Positions 17,960-26,478 of a DNA stretch of 64,000 nt are shown in pieces; position 1 is the stretch's first letter; each line of letters begins with the position of its first letter. This DNA comes from an uncultured virus (IMG/VR IMGVR_UViG_3300022468_000843) (lineage: Duplodnaviria > Heunggongvirae > Uroviricota > Caudoviricetes): the IMG/VR virus record IMGVR_UViG_3300022468_000843. One strand, given 5' to 3'. Both the position numbers and the translations under genes were made by a program. The notes under the pieces were generated by a model. That model was not told where the DNA came from. It made no database searches and saw only the letters and a program-made list of their open reading frames with translations.

Positions 17960-20722
17960 TCAGATCGGCGGCTCGTCATCGCCCAGGATGTGCGACAGCG
18001 GGATGGCCACCACCTTCGAGGTCACGCCGGCAAACTTGAACGTCTGGTTGCCCGCCACGTTGGCGCCCTGTACGCGCAGGAGCTGCCCGCGAAGGTCGGT
18101 CGCATAGGCCGTGTCCTCGACCAGCTTGCGCAGGCTCTTGCTGCCCGTGCCGAACAGCGCCTCGGTGCCCTTGATGCGAATCCCGTTGCGGCGCAGCACG
18201 TCCACACACAGATCGACCTCCAGCGTGCCAGAGCCGACGGCGCGGCCGGACGCGGCGGCCAGCATTTCGTAGACGGTGATGTCGTTGTTGGACACCCGAA
18301 TCTTGGCCTCCATCACCGAGGCCAGCGCCTTCGCCGGGTCGTCCAGGCCGTCGCCCGAATCCTTGTGGTCCGACCAATCGAAGCTGTCGATCATGGCCAG
18401 GGCCTCCGCCTCGGTGGCCACCTTGCGGCTCGTCAGGCACCAGGCGCCCGCCAGCAGCGTGCCGTACTGGTCGCCCATGCGCTGCGTCCCGAAGCGAAGG
18501 GCGCCGGCTTTGCAGAACACCTCCACGTTCGCGATGATCGTCGGCAGCATGGACAACGAGCGGGCCAGCAGGCGAGCGGGCCAGGTGCCGGCGCGCTTGA
18601 TCTTATGGAGCTCCTCCTCGAGCTGCGCCCACTGGGCATCAACCGTGTCCGTTTTCACCGGCGGGCGCAGCACCAGGGGCGTGATGCGCGAGCGATCGCT
18701 GTCCTTGTCGAGCATCGTGTTGATGGACGCAAGGCAGAACATCGAGCGCACGTGAAAGCGCATGCCGCTGCCCGAGATGGTGCCCTTGGCCGTCTGCGCC
18801 GACGTTTCCGTCGACGACTGGCGCACCGTGGTGAGGATGGACTTCATCCGCTTGCGGTCGGCTTCATCGTTGGGCTCGAACTCGTCGATCAGGATGGGCA
18901 CCGCGTCGGCGCCGACCGATTGACGAATGCCGGGCTCGGTGGAATCGCCGGCCAGCGGCTCGGAGATGCCCTCCAGCAGCGCCTGCGCGTATTCCTCGTA
19001 CAGCGTGGACTTGCCAGAGCCCGCGGCGCCGGTGATCCAGATGTGGGGGCGCCATGGCAGGGCCCCGCAGATGGGCGACAGGAACACCCAGCCGGCCAGC
19101 AGCGGCGCGGATCCAGGGCGGGCCCACTTCGCCAGCTTGGCGACGTTCAGCAGGTGCAGGCCTTCCTCGTCGGTGACGGGGTCCGGTGCTGGCGCTGGCA
19201 TCGACTTCGACATGGGGTACACCCAGGACGAGCCCGTCATGCCGGAGATCTCCACGCGCGCGCCATCGACGGACAGGTGGTCGCCGTGGTGGAAAACCAC
19301 CCGGCCCTTGTCGTTCCAGGCGCCGCGGCCGCGCACCCGGCGCGGGTCGTAGATGCCGCGCGCGTGGGCCAGGGCGATCAGCCACTCGAAGGCCGCCGCC
19401 TTGTTGATGCCGCCAGCCTTGCCCGGGGCGGAGAAATACATTTCCCACCAGTTCATCGGGGCCAGCTCAACGAAGCCGGTATCCGAGCTGAACGTCGAGC
19501 GCGTGCGCGAGATCACCTGCTGCTTCGCCCGGTGAAAGAACCAGTAGTCGTCGCCGTCGTAGCCCAGGACCACGAAGTGCGCGCCGGCATCGATGCTGTC
19601 GAATTCCTCGTTGGGAACAGGCATGGCGGGCTGCTCGTCGAGCGCCGCGTCCTGGTGCTCGGGCTCAGGCTCCGAAGCCGGCGCAGGCGCAGGCGGTTGG
19701 ACGGTGGCGCTGACCAGCGCGAGCTCGATCTGCTCCGCGACAGCGGGAAGACCCTCGGCCACAGCCATATCGTTGAAGTCGCCGCCGGCGGGCGGAAAGG
19801 CCACGAGACAGCCCGACTCCTTCGCTGCCTTGTTGGCCTCGGCGAGCCCCGGGTTGCCCTCGGTGGCGGTGTCGTTGTCGGCGGCCACCACCAGGATGGC
19901 ACCAGGCGCACGCTCGCGGAGCTGGCGCGCGACGTTGCGCAGGTTGCCAGCGTCCACGCACACCATGACCATGTGGCCAGTGGCCTCATGCACGCTCGCG
20001 CCGGTGGCGTAGCCCTCGGCCAGGATGAACACCGGGCGGCCGTCCACTTGCGCCGGCTTCTTGCCGATGACAAAGAAGTTGCCGGACTTACGGCCGCTCT
20101 TGAGCAGAGACTTGCGGCCGTCGGGCTTCGAGCTGAACGCCTGGAGCGTCCAGATTTTCCGGCTGCGATCCATGATCGGCATCAGCAGCGCCTGCAGGCC
20201 GATGACCGTCACCTCGCCAGTCTCGCCGTCCACCTTCTCGATTTCAAAGCGCCCGTAGCGCAGGCCATGCGACTGCACGCCCTTGCGCTCCAGGTAGGCA
20301 TGGTCGTCGCACGGCGCGGCAGCGGCCCACAGCTCCTGCGCCTTCAGGGCTGCGGCCTCTTGGGCGGCCAGCTCCTGCTGCGCGGCCAGCGCATCACGCT
20401 CGGCGCGCGCCTTGCGGCGTTGTTCAATTTCAGCGGCCGACGGCTTCTTGTGGGTGGTGTCGTCCTTCCAGCCCGCCTGCTTTGCGTCGTAGAACAACGA
20501 CGCAATGGTGATGCCCTTGCCGGCCTTTACGGATTTCCAGACATCGCGCGCATCGATGGCGCGGTAGGCTTTACTCAGCGAAGACCACTGGTCCCAGATT
20601 TCAAAGCCATCCTCGCCAAACTCGGATTTGATGGCCATGGCCTGCCGAACCCAGACAGCCCGGGTTTCGGGTGACAGATGGCTGAGGGCAGCACGAACAC
20701 GTTCTGGATTGGCGTCATGCAT
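17960..20722 (-). CDS. Primase-helicase (PriCT-2, TOPRIM, P-loop ATPase)
   Basis: WDQWS..Y..W, AEGYATG, ADND, GDFND, GAAGSGKS, LIDE. Confidence 0.92.
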   Translation of the reverse strand: MHDANPERVRAALSHLSPETRAVWVRQAMAIKSEFGEDGFEIWDQWSSLSKAYRAIDARDVWKSVKAGKGITIASLFYDAKQAGWKDDTTHKKPSAAEIEQRRKARAERDALAAQQELAAQEAAALKAQELWAAAAPCDDHAYLERKGVQSHGLRYGRFEIEKVDGETGEVTVIGLQALLMPIMDRSRKIWTLQAFSSKPDGRKSLLKSGRKSGNFFVIGKKPAQVDGRPVFILAEGYATGASVHEATGHMVMVCVDAGNLRNVARQLRERAPGAILVVAADNDTATEGNPGLAEANKAAKESGCLVAFPPAGGDFNDMAVAEGLPAVAEQIELALVSATVQPPAPAPASEPEPEHQDAALDEQPAMPVPNEEFDSIDAGAHFVVLGYDGDDYWFFHRAKQQVISRTRSTFSSDTGFVELAPMNWWEMYFSAPGKAGGINKAAAFEWLIALAHARGIYDPRRVRGRGAWNDKGRVVFHHGDHLSVDGARVEISGMTGSSWVYPMSKSMPAPAPDPVTDEEGLHLLNVAKLAKWARPGSAPLLAGWVFLSPICGALPWRPHIWITGAAGSGKSTLYEEYAQALLEGISEPLAGDSTEPGIRQSVGADAVPILIDEFEPNDEADRKRMKSILTTVRQSSTETSAQTAKGTISGSGMRFHVRSMFCLASINTMLDKDSDRSRITPLVLRPPVKTDTVDAQWAQLEEELHKIKRAGTWPARLLARSLSMLPTIIANVEVFCKAGALRFGTQRMGDQYGTLLAGAWCLTSRKVATEAEALAMIDSFDWSDHKDSGDGLDDPAKALASVMEAKIRVSNNDITVYEMLAAASGRAVGSGTLEVDLCVDVLRRNGIRIKGTEALFGTGSKSLRKLVEDTAYATDLRGQLLRVQGANVAGNQTFKFAGVTSKVVAIPLSHILGDDEPPI

Positions 20723-20753
20723 AGACGCCCCTGGAAAAATTCAGCAACACAAG

Positions 20754-20857
20754 CCTCCCCCGCTGCGCCTCCCCCGGGTGAAAAAATGGTGGGCGGCGCG
20801 CACAGGGGGGAGGACTGCGCGCGCCTTTTTAGACCGGGAGCTACCCGGTCCTAGCCC
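20754..20857 (-). ncRNA. Putative structured cis-regulatory RNA leader of primase
   Basis: Two hairpins closed by GGGC/GCCC; loop CCTCCCCC complementary to two downstream GGGGGAGG. Confidence 0.6.
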
Positions 20858-20924
20858 TTAACAGGATGGCACCACGGCCGATGAGTCGCGCCGTGATTGC
20901 CGTGCATTTGAGTGAGCTGGCATC

Positions 20925-21380
20925 TTACAGCGGATCCGGCGTCCGGCCGGCGAGCCATGCATCAATAATCTCGTTGGCCTGCGCCTCGGATGCAGCAAAC
21001 CCAGCAATACCGCCGGCTTTTTGCACCTGCTGCACGAAGTTGATCTGGTTCGTGCGCCGGTGGCCACCGCCCGATTCTTTCGTTTCGATGACGGTGAAGA
21101 CGGGCAAGCGCCGGCCGACCATTTCAGGCGTGACCACCACGTCGGTCCACCCAGCCAGGTCAGCGAGGCCTGGTACGGTGTCACCGTTCGTGAGGGCGAG
21201 CCCCAGGGCGACCGGGCGGGCGAAGGGAACGTGCGCGGTGCCGCGGGCGTCCACCTCAACCCGGCCACCGCCGGACAGCCAGGCCTTGCCCGAGTTCGCG
21301 CGGAACAGCGTCACTCGAGCGAGCGCCCGGCGCGCCAGGGCGAGCCAGACGTTGCGCTGGACGGTTGACTCAGCGGCCAT
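20925..21380 (-). CDS. VRR-NUC domain nuclease
   Basis: E..VQ, LFRANSG, GLADL.G, IETK, Q..F, GGIAG. Confidence 0.88.
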   Translation of the reverse strand: MAAESTVQRNVWLALARRALARVTLFRANSGKAWLSGGGRVEVDARGTAHVPFARPVALGLALTNGDTVPGLADLAGWTDVVVTPEMVGRRLPVFTVIETKESGGGHRRTNQINFVQQVQKAGGIAGFAASEAQANEIIDAWLAGRTPDPL

Positions 21381-21876
21381 CGGGCTTTGCGCGGGGCACA
21401 GGGTCCGCGATGGTGAAGTGGCGCGGCGCCTTGTCGGCGTGGCGATCCAGGATCGCGCCAGCAAGCGCGTTCAGGCGCGGGTAGAACTCTGGCGAGCTGG
21501 GGGGGCGGTCATCGGTCAGCATGCCCTGGATCATGGCGTCACGCAGAACCACCAGCGAGGTGATCGCCTTGGTGACGTGGTGCATGCCGGATTCGGGATC
21601 GATATCGACACCCTCCCACCAGTCCATCAGGTGGCGCATGGTGGCGTCGTAGTAGACCGAAGACTGCACGCCCACGGCCCGGTAGTTGTGGCGGCCGTAT
21701 TTGGCTGCGCCCTCCAGCATGGCCACGCCGACCTCCGCCAGGACGGCGGCCGAGACGGTGGACATGGGAGCCTTGCGGATGCCGATGGCGTCCTTTGGGT
21801 TGGACGGCTTGCTCCCATCCGCCGCGGGCGGATGGAATGTGAGCGCGTCGTGGTCGTCGTGGTGCAAGAAGGCCAT
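21370..21876 (-). CDS. dATP/dGTP diphosphohydrolase-like (DUF5664)
   Basis: NPKDAIG..K, GAAKYGRHNYR, RHL..WWEG.DIDPESG.HH. Confidence 0.85.
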   Translation of the reverse strand: MAFLHHDDHDALTFHPPAADGSKPSNPKDAIGIRKAPMSTVSAAVLAEVGVAMLEGAAKYGRHNYRAVGVQSSVYYDATMRHLMDWWEGVDIDPESGMHHVTKAITSLVVLRDAMIQGMLTDDRPPSSPEFYPRLNALAGAILDRHADKAPRHFTIADPVPRAKPDGR

Positions 21877-21878
21877 GA

Positions 21879-22349
21879 TCAGAACGGAATGTCGTCGTCC
21901 ATGTCGTCGAAGCCACCCGCCTGGCGTGGAGCACCAGCAGGCGGGCGGGCAGCGGCAGGGGCAGCAGCGCGCGGTGCAGGAGCAGGAGCAGCGCCAGAGT
22001 CGCCGCCGCCGGATTGCTTGCTGCCCAGCATCTGCATCTGGTCCGCGCGGATCTCGGTGGCGTACTTTTCGACGCCCGCAGCGTCCGTCCACTTGCGCGT
22101 TTTCAGCGAGCCTTCGACATACACCTGCGAGCCCTTGCGCAGGTACTGGCCTGCCACGTCGGCCAGCTTGCCGTTGAAGACGACGCGGTGCCACTCGGTG
22201 GCTTCCTTCATTTCGCCGGACTGCTTGTCCTTCCAGCGGTCGGTGGTGGCGATGGTGACGTTTGCCACCTTGTCACCCGACGGGAAGGTTTTGATTTCGG
22301 GATCGCGGCCGAGATTGCCGACGATGATCACTTTGTTGACGGAAGCCAT
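21879..22349 (-). CDS. ssb: Single-stranded DNA-binding protein
   Basis: [18 protein letters not shown] ... DDDIPF. Confidence 0.98.
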   Translation of the reverse strand: MASVNKVIIVGNLGRDPEIKTFPSGDKVANVTIATTDRWKDKQSGEMKEATEWHRVVFNGKLADVAGQYLRKGSQVYVEGSLKTRKWTDAAGVEKYATEIRADQMQMLGSKQSGGGDSGAAPAPAPRAAAPAAARPPAGAPRQAGGFDDMDDDIPF

Positions 22350-22370
22350 GAACTCTCCTGGTGAATTGAA

Positions 22371-22386
22371 ATTGTTGCGTCACGAT
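22371..22386 (-). promoter_or_regulatory. TCGTGA-N4-ANAAT promoter motif before ssb
   Basis: ATCGTGA CGCA ACAAT. Confidence 0.6.
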
Positions 22387-23936
22387 TAGCGGCGTGACAT
22401 TCCCGCGTATTTCTCCCGGGCCTTGGCGCGCGCGTTGAACGTCGCGCGAGCCCATCCGGGCGAGTAGCCGCGCTGCGCGGCGATGCGCTCCAAGTCCTCA
22501 ATGGTCTTGGCGCCCCGCACTTCGGCGTGCCGCTGGTTCTTCATCCGCAGCGCCATGTCGGCGGTGATTTCCGTCAGCTCGCCCTCGGCGTACTCAATCT
22601 TTCGGACCTTGGCCTCGTACACATGCCCGCAGCCAGGGCACGACGGCGCCGGCTCGTGGCACAGGTAGCACTTCGGGCATTGCGCGATCGGCAAGGGCTG
22701 CTCGTCGGCCTTCTTTTTGCCTTTGACCTTGGTGACGCCATCCAGCGACCACTCGCGTTCCTCGTCCGCAAAGCCGTGCTTAAACGTGAGGCCGGCGTGG
22801 TCGAGCACGAAGCACTTCCCACCCTTGGGGCCGGCCGCGATGGCGGCGAAGCGCTGCTCCGCGTTGCCCAGGGGCATGCCGGGCGCGTAGATCGTGCGTA
22901 GGCCGCGCCCGATCACCTGCAGGTAGGACGACAGCGACATGGTGGGGCGTAGCAGTATCACGGCACCAATGGCCGGACAGTCCACGCCTTCCACCAGCAG
23001 CATGGCGAAGGTGATGATCTTGAGGGTGCCCAGCTCCAAGGCCTTGAGCGCGCGGTCGCGGTCGTCGGGCGTGCTGTCGCCGGACAGCGCCAGCGCCGGG
23101 ATGCCGGCCGCGTTGAACTCGTCGGCGACGTGCTTTGCGTGGGCGACGTTCGCGCACCAGGCAACGGCGGGAACACCCGGGCAGATTTTGCGCCAGTGCT
23201 CGATCGCGTTGCCGGTGATTTTCGGCTTGTCCATGACCTTCGCGAGCGCGTCGGAGTCGTAGTCGCCCCCGACCTTTTTCACGCCAGCGAGATCCACCTG
23301 CTCCTTCGAGGCATAGACGGCCGGCTTCACAAGATAGGCCTGCTCGATCAACTGCTTGATGCTGATCCCCTGCACCAGCACCTGGAACATGCCGCCAGCA
23401 CCAGCGCCCAGGCCCTTGCCATCCAGCCGGATGGGAGAGCCCGTGACACCGAGCACCACGGCGTCGGGGAACGCGGCGCGAATGTCCATGTACGACTTGG
23501 CGGCCGACAGGTGGGCCTCGTCGATGATGATCATGTCGAAGGACTCGCCGCGCGCCTCCATCTGCTTGAGACGGCGCACCAGCGTTTGCACGCTGGCCAC
23601 CTGCACCAGACGGCGCGGGCTTGGGGTGAAGCCGGCCATGATGATGCCGTGGGCCACGCCGTAGTCGTTCAGCTTGCGGCTGGCCTGTTTTATCAGGGTA
23701 TCCCGGTGGGCCAGGATCAGAACGCGCTTGCCTTTGGTGGCAGCGCCGCGCGCGATGTAGCTGAACACGACGGTTTTGCCGGCGCCGGTGGCAGCCACCA
23801 GGATGACGGACTTTGCGCCCTCCCGGTAGGCGACGCGCACGTCGTGCACGAAGTCCTCCTGGTAGTCACGCAGGGTGACGACAGGCAGGGCAGCGGCGGC
23901 CGCCGCCGGGCGGTTTGCAGGTTGTTGAATTGTCAT
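22386..23936 (-). CDS. SF2 DEAH helicase with C-terminal zinc ribbon
   Basis: LRDYQ, TGAGKT, DEAH, TGSP, QVIGRGLR, CPKC..CPGC. Confidence 0.93.
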   Translation of the reverse strand: MTIQQPANRPAAAAAALPVVTLRDYQEDFVHDVRVAYREGAKSVILVAATGAGKTVVFSYIARGAATKGKRVLILAHRDTLIKQASRKLNDYGVAHGIIMAGFTPSPRRLVQVASVQTLVRRLKQMEARGESFDMIIIDEAHLSAAKSYMDIRAAFPDAVVLGVTGSPIRLDGKGLGAGAGGMFQVLVQGISIKQLIEQAYLVKPAVYASKEQVDLAGVKKVGGDYDSDALAKVMDKPKITGNAIEHWRKICPGVPAVAWCANVAHAKHVADEFNAAGIPALALSGDSTPDDRDRALKALELGTLKIITFAMLLVEGVDCPAIGAVILLRPTMSLSSYLQVIGRGLRTIYAPGMPLGNAEQRFAAIAAGPKGGKCFVLDHAGLTFKHGFADEEREWSLDGVTKVKGKKKADEQPLPIAQCPKCYLCHEPAPSCPGCGHVYEAKVRKIEYAEGELTEITADMALRMKNQRHAEVRGAKTIEDLERIAAQRGYSPGWARATFNARAKAREKYAGMSRR

Positions 23937-23937
23937 G

Positions 23938-23968
23938 AAAAAAGCCCGGCACGAGTAGGAAGCCGGGC
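23938..23968 (-). terminator. Intrinsic terminator directly upstream of helicase ATG
   Basis: GCCCGGC-loop-GCCGGGC-TTTTTT on minus strand. Confidence 0.6.
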
Positions 23969-23982
23969 CCCGCAGGTTGAGG

Positions 23983-24192
23983 TCAATGGAAGCGGTTGAA
24001 CAGGCGGCGCAGCAGGTACGACCGGACCAGGCTCACCACGGTGAACAGGACGGCGATCAGCATGTTGTCAGCGAGCGGAAGGCTCACTCCGAACAGCGGG
24101 AAGATGGCCACCTGGGCGCCCACGGCGACCCCGTACCCGACCAGCACATTGACGAGCGACTCCACCATGGAGCCGGTACGCGACTGAGACAT
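23983..24192 (-). CDS. Small two-TM phage membrane protein
   Basis: QSR..S.VESLVNV.VGY...RSYLLRRLFN. Confidence 0.8.
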   Translation of the reverse strand: MSQSRTGSMVESLVNVLVGYGVAVGAQVAIFPLFGVSLPLADNMLIAVLFTVVSLVRSYLLRRLFNRFH

Positions 24193-24449
24193 CAGGCGGG
24201 CGCCCCGGGGTTGACCAGGCCCACCTCGGATGCGGGCGGCGTGGCGGCGACAGCCTCCAGGCGCGACACCTCGGCCTCCAGCTCGTCGAGCTTGGTGATC
24301 GTTTGGGGCGACCGTTCAACCCAGCGTTCGTAGGTGGCACGGGCGATGCCGGTGGCCTTGCAGACCTGGGTGATGTTCGAGCCCGCCGCCTTGGCGCGGG
24401 CTTCCAGCGCAGTCAGGCGACGCTTGTGCTCTTGAGCAAAGGTAGTCAT
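24192..24449 (-). CDS. Cro/XRE-like HTH regulator
   Basis: NITQVCKATGIARATYERW; at divergent promoter region. Confidence 0.8.
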   Translation of the reverse strand: MTTFAQEHKRRLTALEARAKAAGSNITQVCKATGIARATYERWVERSPQTITKLDELEAEVSRLEAVAATPPASEVGLVNPGAPA

Positions 24450-24616
24450 TTCGGGTTCCAAAAAAATAATTTCGACAAGTGTACCGCAACAAAAAGCGAT
24501 GCAGCAAAATTATTGTATAGTAAAAGCGTGCAACAGACGGAGGAAGCGGGAGTTTCGCAGCGCCTCTATTGCATACCAACCAAGTTCAAACAAAATTGTT
24601 ATTCAAAGGAGCCACC
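24450..24616. promoter_or_regulatory. AT-rich divergent control region with degenerate operator
   Basis: ATGCAGCAAAATTATTGTATAGT (24499-24521), TATAGT -10-like. Confidence 0.6.
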
Positions 24617-24639
24617 ATGATTCACTCAAGGTGCGGCCG

Positions 24640-25641
24640 ATGACGGCCCAATTTCTCTACCCGGACGCAGAAGGTGTGCTGGTACCGCACGAGGTCGGCA
24701 TGCTCGACCTGACCAACGAGCAGTACCACGAAGGCCCCGGGATCTCGAAGTCCAAGCTCGACGCGATCGCGATCAGCCCGCTCAACTACTGGGACCAGTA
24801 CGAAAACCCAGACCGCGAGCCGCGCGAGTACAAGCACGCGTTTGCAGTCGGCGACGGCACCCACAAGCTGGTGCTGGAGCCCGGGACGTTCGAGCAGACC
24901 TACGCCGTCGGCTTCGACAAGAGCGCCCACCCCGGGGCGCTGAACACGATCGACGACCTCAAGCAGGCACTGAATGCGCGCAACCTGCCCGCCCGCGGCA
25001 GCAAGCCCGAATTGATCCGGTTGCTCCAGGAGGAAGACCCGACGATCCCGATCATGGCGGTGCTGGAGGCGGCGCACAACCAGACGATGGCCGGCAAGAT
25101 CGCCCTGCCCGCCAACGACTACAAGAACATGCTGCGCATGCTGCAGGCGGTGAACAACCACCACACGGCCGGCCCGCTGTTGATGGGCGCCAGCGTCGAG
25201 CAGTCGTTTTTTGTGCCAGGGCCCACCGGCGTCCTGCGCAAGTGCCGCACCGACGCGATCACCTACAACGGCGCGTTCGTGCTGGACCTCAAGACCACCG
25301 ACGACGTCAGCGCCGCGGGCTTCGGGCGCACCATCAGCCAGCGCCGGTACCACGTCCAGGCCGCGTGGTACCTCGACATCCTGCGCGCCCTCTACGGCAG
25401 CGACGCGCCCCGGGGCTTCGCGTTCATCGCGGCGCAGAAGTACCGCCCGTTTGACGTGGCGGTGCACATCCTCAGCGAAGACCAGATCCAGCTCGGGCGG
25501 CTTTTGTACCAGCGCGACGAGACGCTGCTGCTGGAGTGCCTGAGCACCAACACATGGCCCGGCATGGACCGCGGCGCCGTCCTCGACGCCCGGCTGCCGG
25601 ATTTTGAGATGCGCAAACTTTACGAAATGGAGGCGGTATGA
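24640..25641 (+). CDS. RecE/ExoVIII-like PD-(D/E)xK exonuclease (DUF3799-like) with inserted SAP-like motif
   Basis: NEQYH..GISKSKL, G..H.LVLEP, KCRTD, DLKTT, YHVQAAWY. Confidence 0.88.
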   Translation: MTAQFLYPDAEGVLVPHEVGMLDLTNEQYHEGPGISKSKLDAIAISPLNYWDQYENPDREPREYKHAFAVGDGTHKLVLEPGTFEQTYAVGFDKSAHPGALNTIDDLKQALNARNLPARGSKPELIRLLQEEDPTIPIMAVLEAAHNQTMAGKIALPANDYKNMLRMLQAVNNHHTAGPLLMGASVEQSFFVPGPTGVLRKCRTDAITYNGAFVLDLKTTDDVSAAGFGRTISQRRYHVQAAWYLDILRALYGSDAPRGFAFIAAQKYRPFDVAVHILSEDQIQLGRLLYQRDETLLLECLSTNTWPGMDRGAVLDARLPDFEMRKLYEMEAV

Positions 25642-26261
25642 GCGACAACACAAGGCTGGAAACAGGCGTGGAACCGGGCACCACGGTGGTGCTGGGCTTC
25701 GGCCCGCAAGAGATGGACTGGCTCAGCAAGGTGTCCAAGGTTTGCGGCCGGGACGCGGTCATGAACCCGGACGTCGCCCGGATGGCTGGCGCAACGTTTG
25801 CGGTCGGCCCGCGCGAGGCGCTGGACAAGCTGCGCCAGCGGCTGGTGGCCGGCGCGATTGCCCAGGAGAAGGTCACGCGCCCAGGCCTTTCGCAGGACGC
25901 CCAGCGATGGCTCGCGACCGGTGAGCGCGGCATGAGCAGCGAGGCGATGTTCGAGCACCTCACCGGCGTGAAATGCACCAGGGACGGTAGCTGGCCAAAG
26001 GCGAGCACGGCCCACCCGTACGACCCCGACGATTTCCGCCGCTGCCGACTTTTGCTGGAGCAGGTGCCCGAGCTGGCATCCAACCTAGTGAAATTGCGCA
26101 GCCTTTCGGATGCCTGGCGCGGCCTCGTCGATAGCTGGACGGAGATCTGCGACGCCATGGACTGGGAGACGCCTGACTGGCGAAACCCGAAGGGCGGCAG
26201 CCGCGCGCCGATGACCTATCAACTGATCAAAAAAGCCATCGGCAAGGAAACCCAGCAGTGA
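25638..26261 (+). CDS. Hypothetical phage protein
   Basis: WL.TGERGMSS, HPYDPDDFRRC..LL motif. Confidence 0.8.
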   Translation: MSDNTRLETGVEPGTTVVLGFGPQEMDWLSKVSKVCGRDAVMNPDVARMAGATFAVGPREALDKLRQRLVAGAIAQEKVTRPGLSQDAQRWLATGERGMSSEAMFEHLTGVKCTRDGSWPKASTAHPYDPDDFRRCRLLLEQVPELASNLVKLRSLSDAWRGLVDSWTEICDAMDWETPDWRNPKGGSRAPMTYQLIKKAIGKETQQ

Positions 26262-26473
26262 AAACCATCAGGCTGAAAGGCGCTGCTGGCAGCGGCAAAA
26301 CCGAGCGCGCCAACGCACTCTACCGCGAGCACACAAGCCAGGGCCTACACGTGCTGCTCGAAGACGAGGGCGGCATCCGCAACAGCCTGCCGGAGCGCCG
26401 CATGTCGGCCGCCGACCTGCTGATCATCACCCGCCTGACCAGCGGCCCCCTGACCGAAACCACCGAAGACTGA
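26258..26473 (+). CDS. Miniature P-loop protein
   Basis: GAAGSGKT in 71 aa; GTGA overlap. Confidence 0.6.
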   Translation: MKTIRLKGAAGSGKTERANALYREHTSQGLHVLLEDEGGIRNSLPERRMSAADLLIITRLTSGPLTETTED

Positions 26474-26478
26474 CCAAA

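Noticed and set aside
10951..20674. Long opposite-strand ORFs (10951-13359, 17948-20674 and similar)
   Set aside because: Antisense shadows of real genes in high-GC DNA; no motifs or RBS
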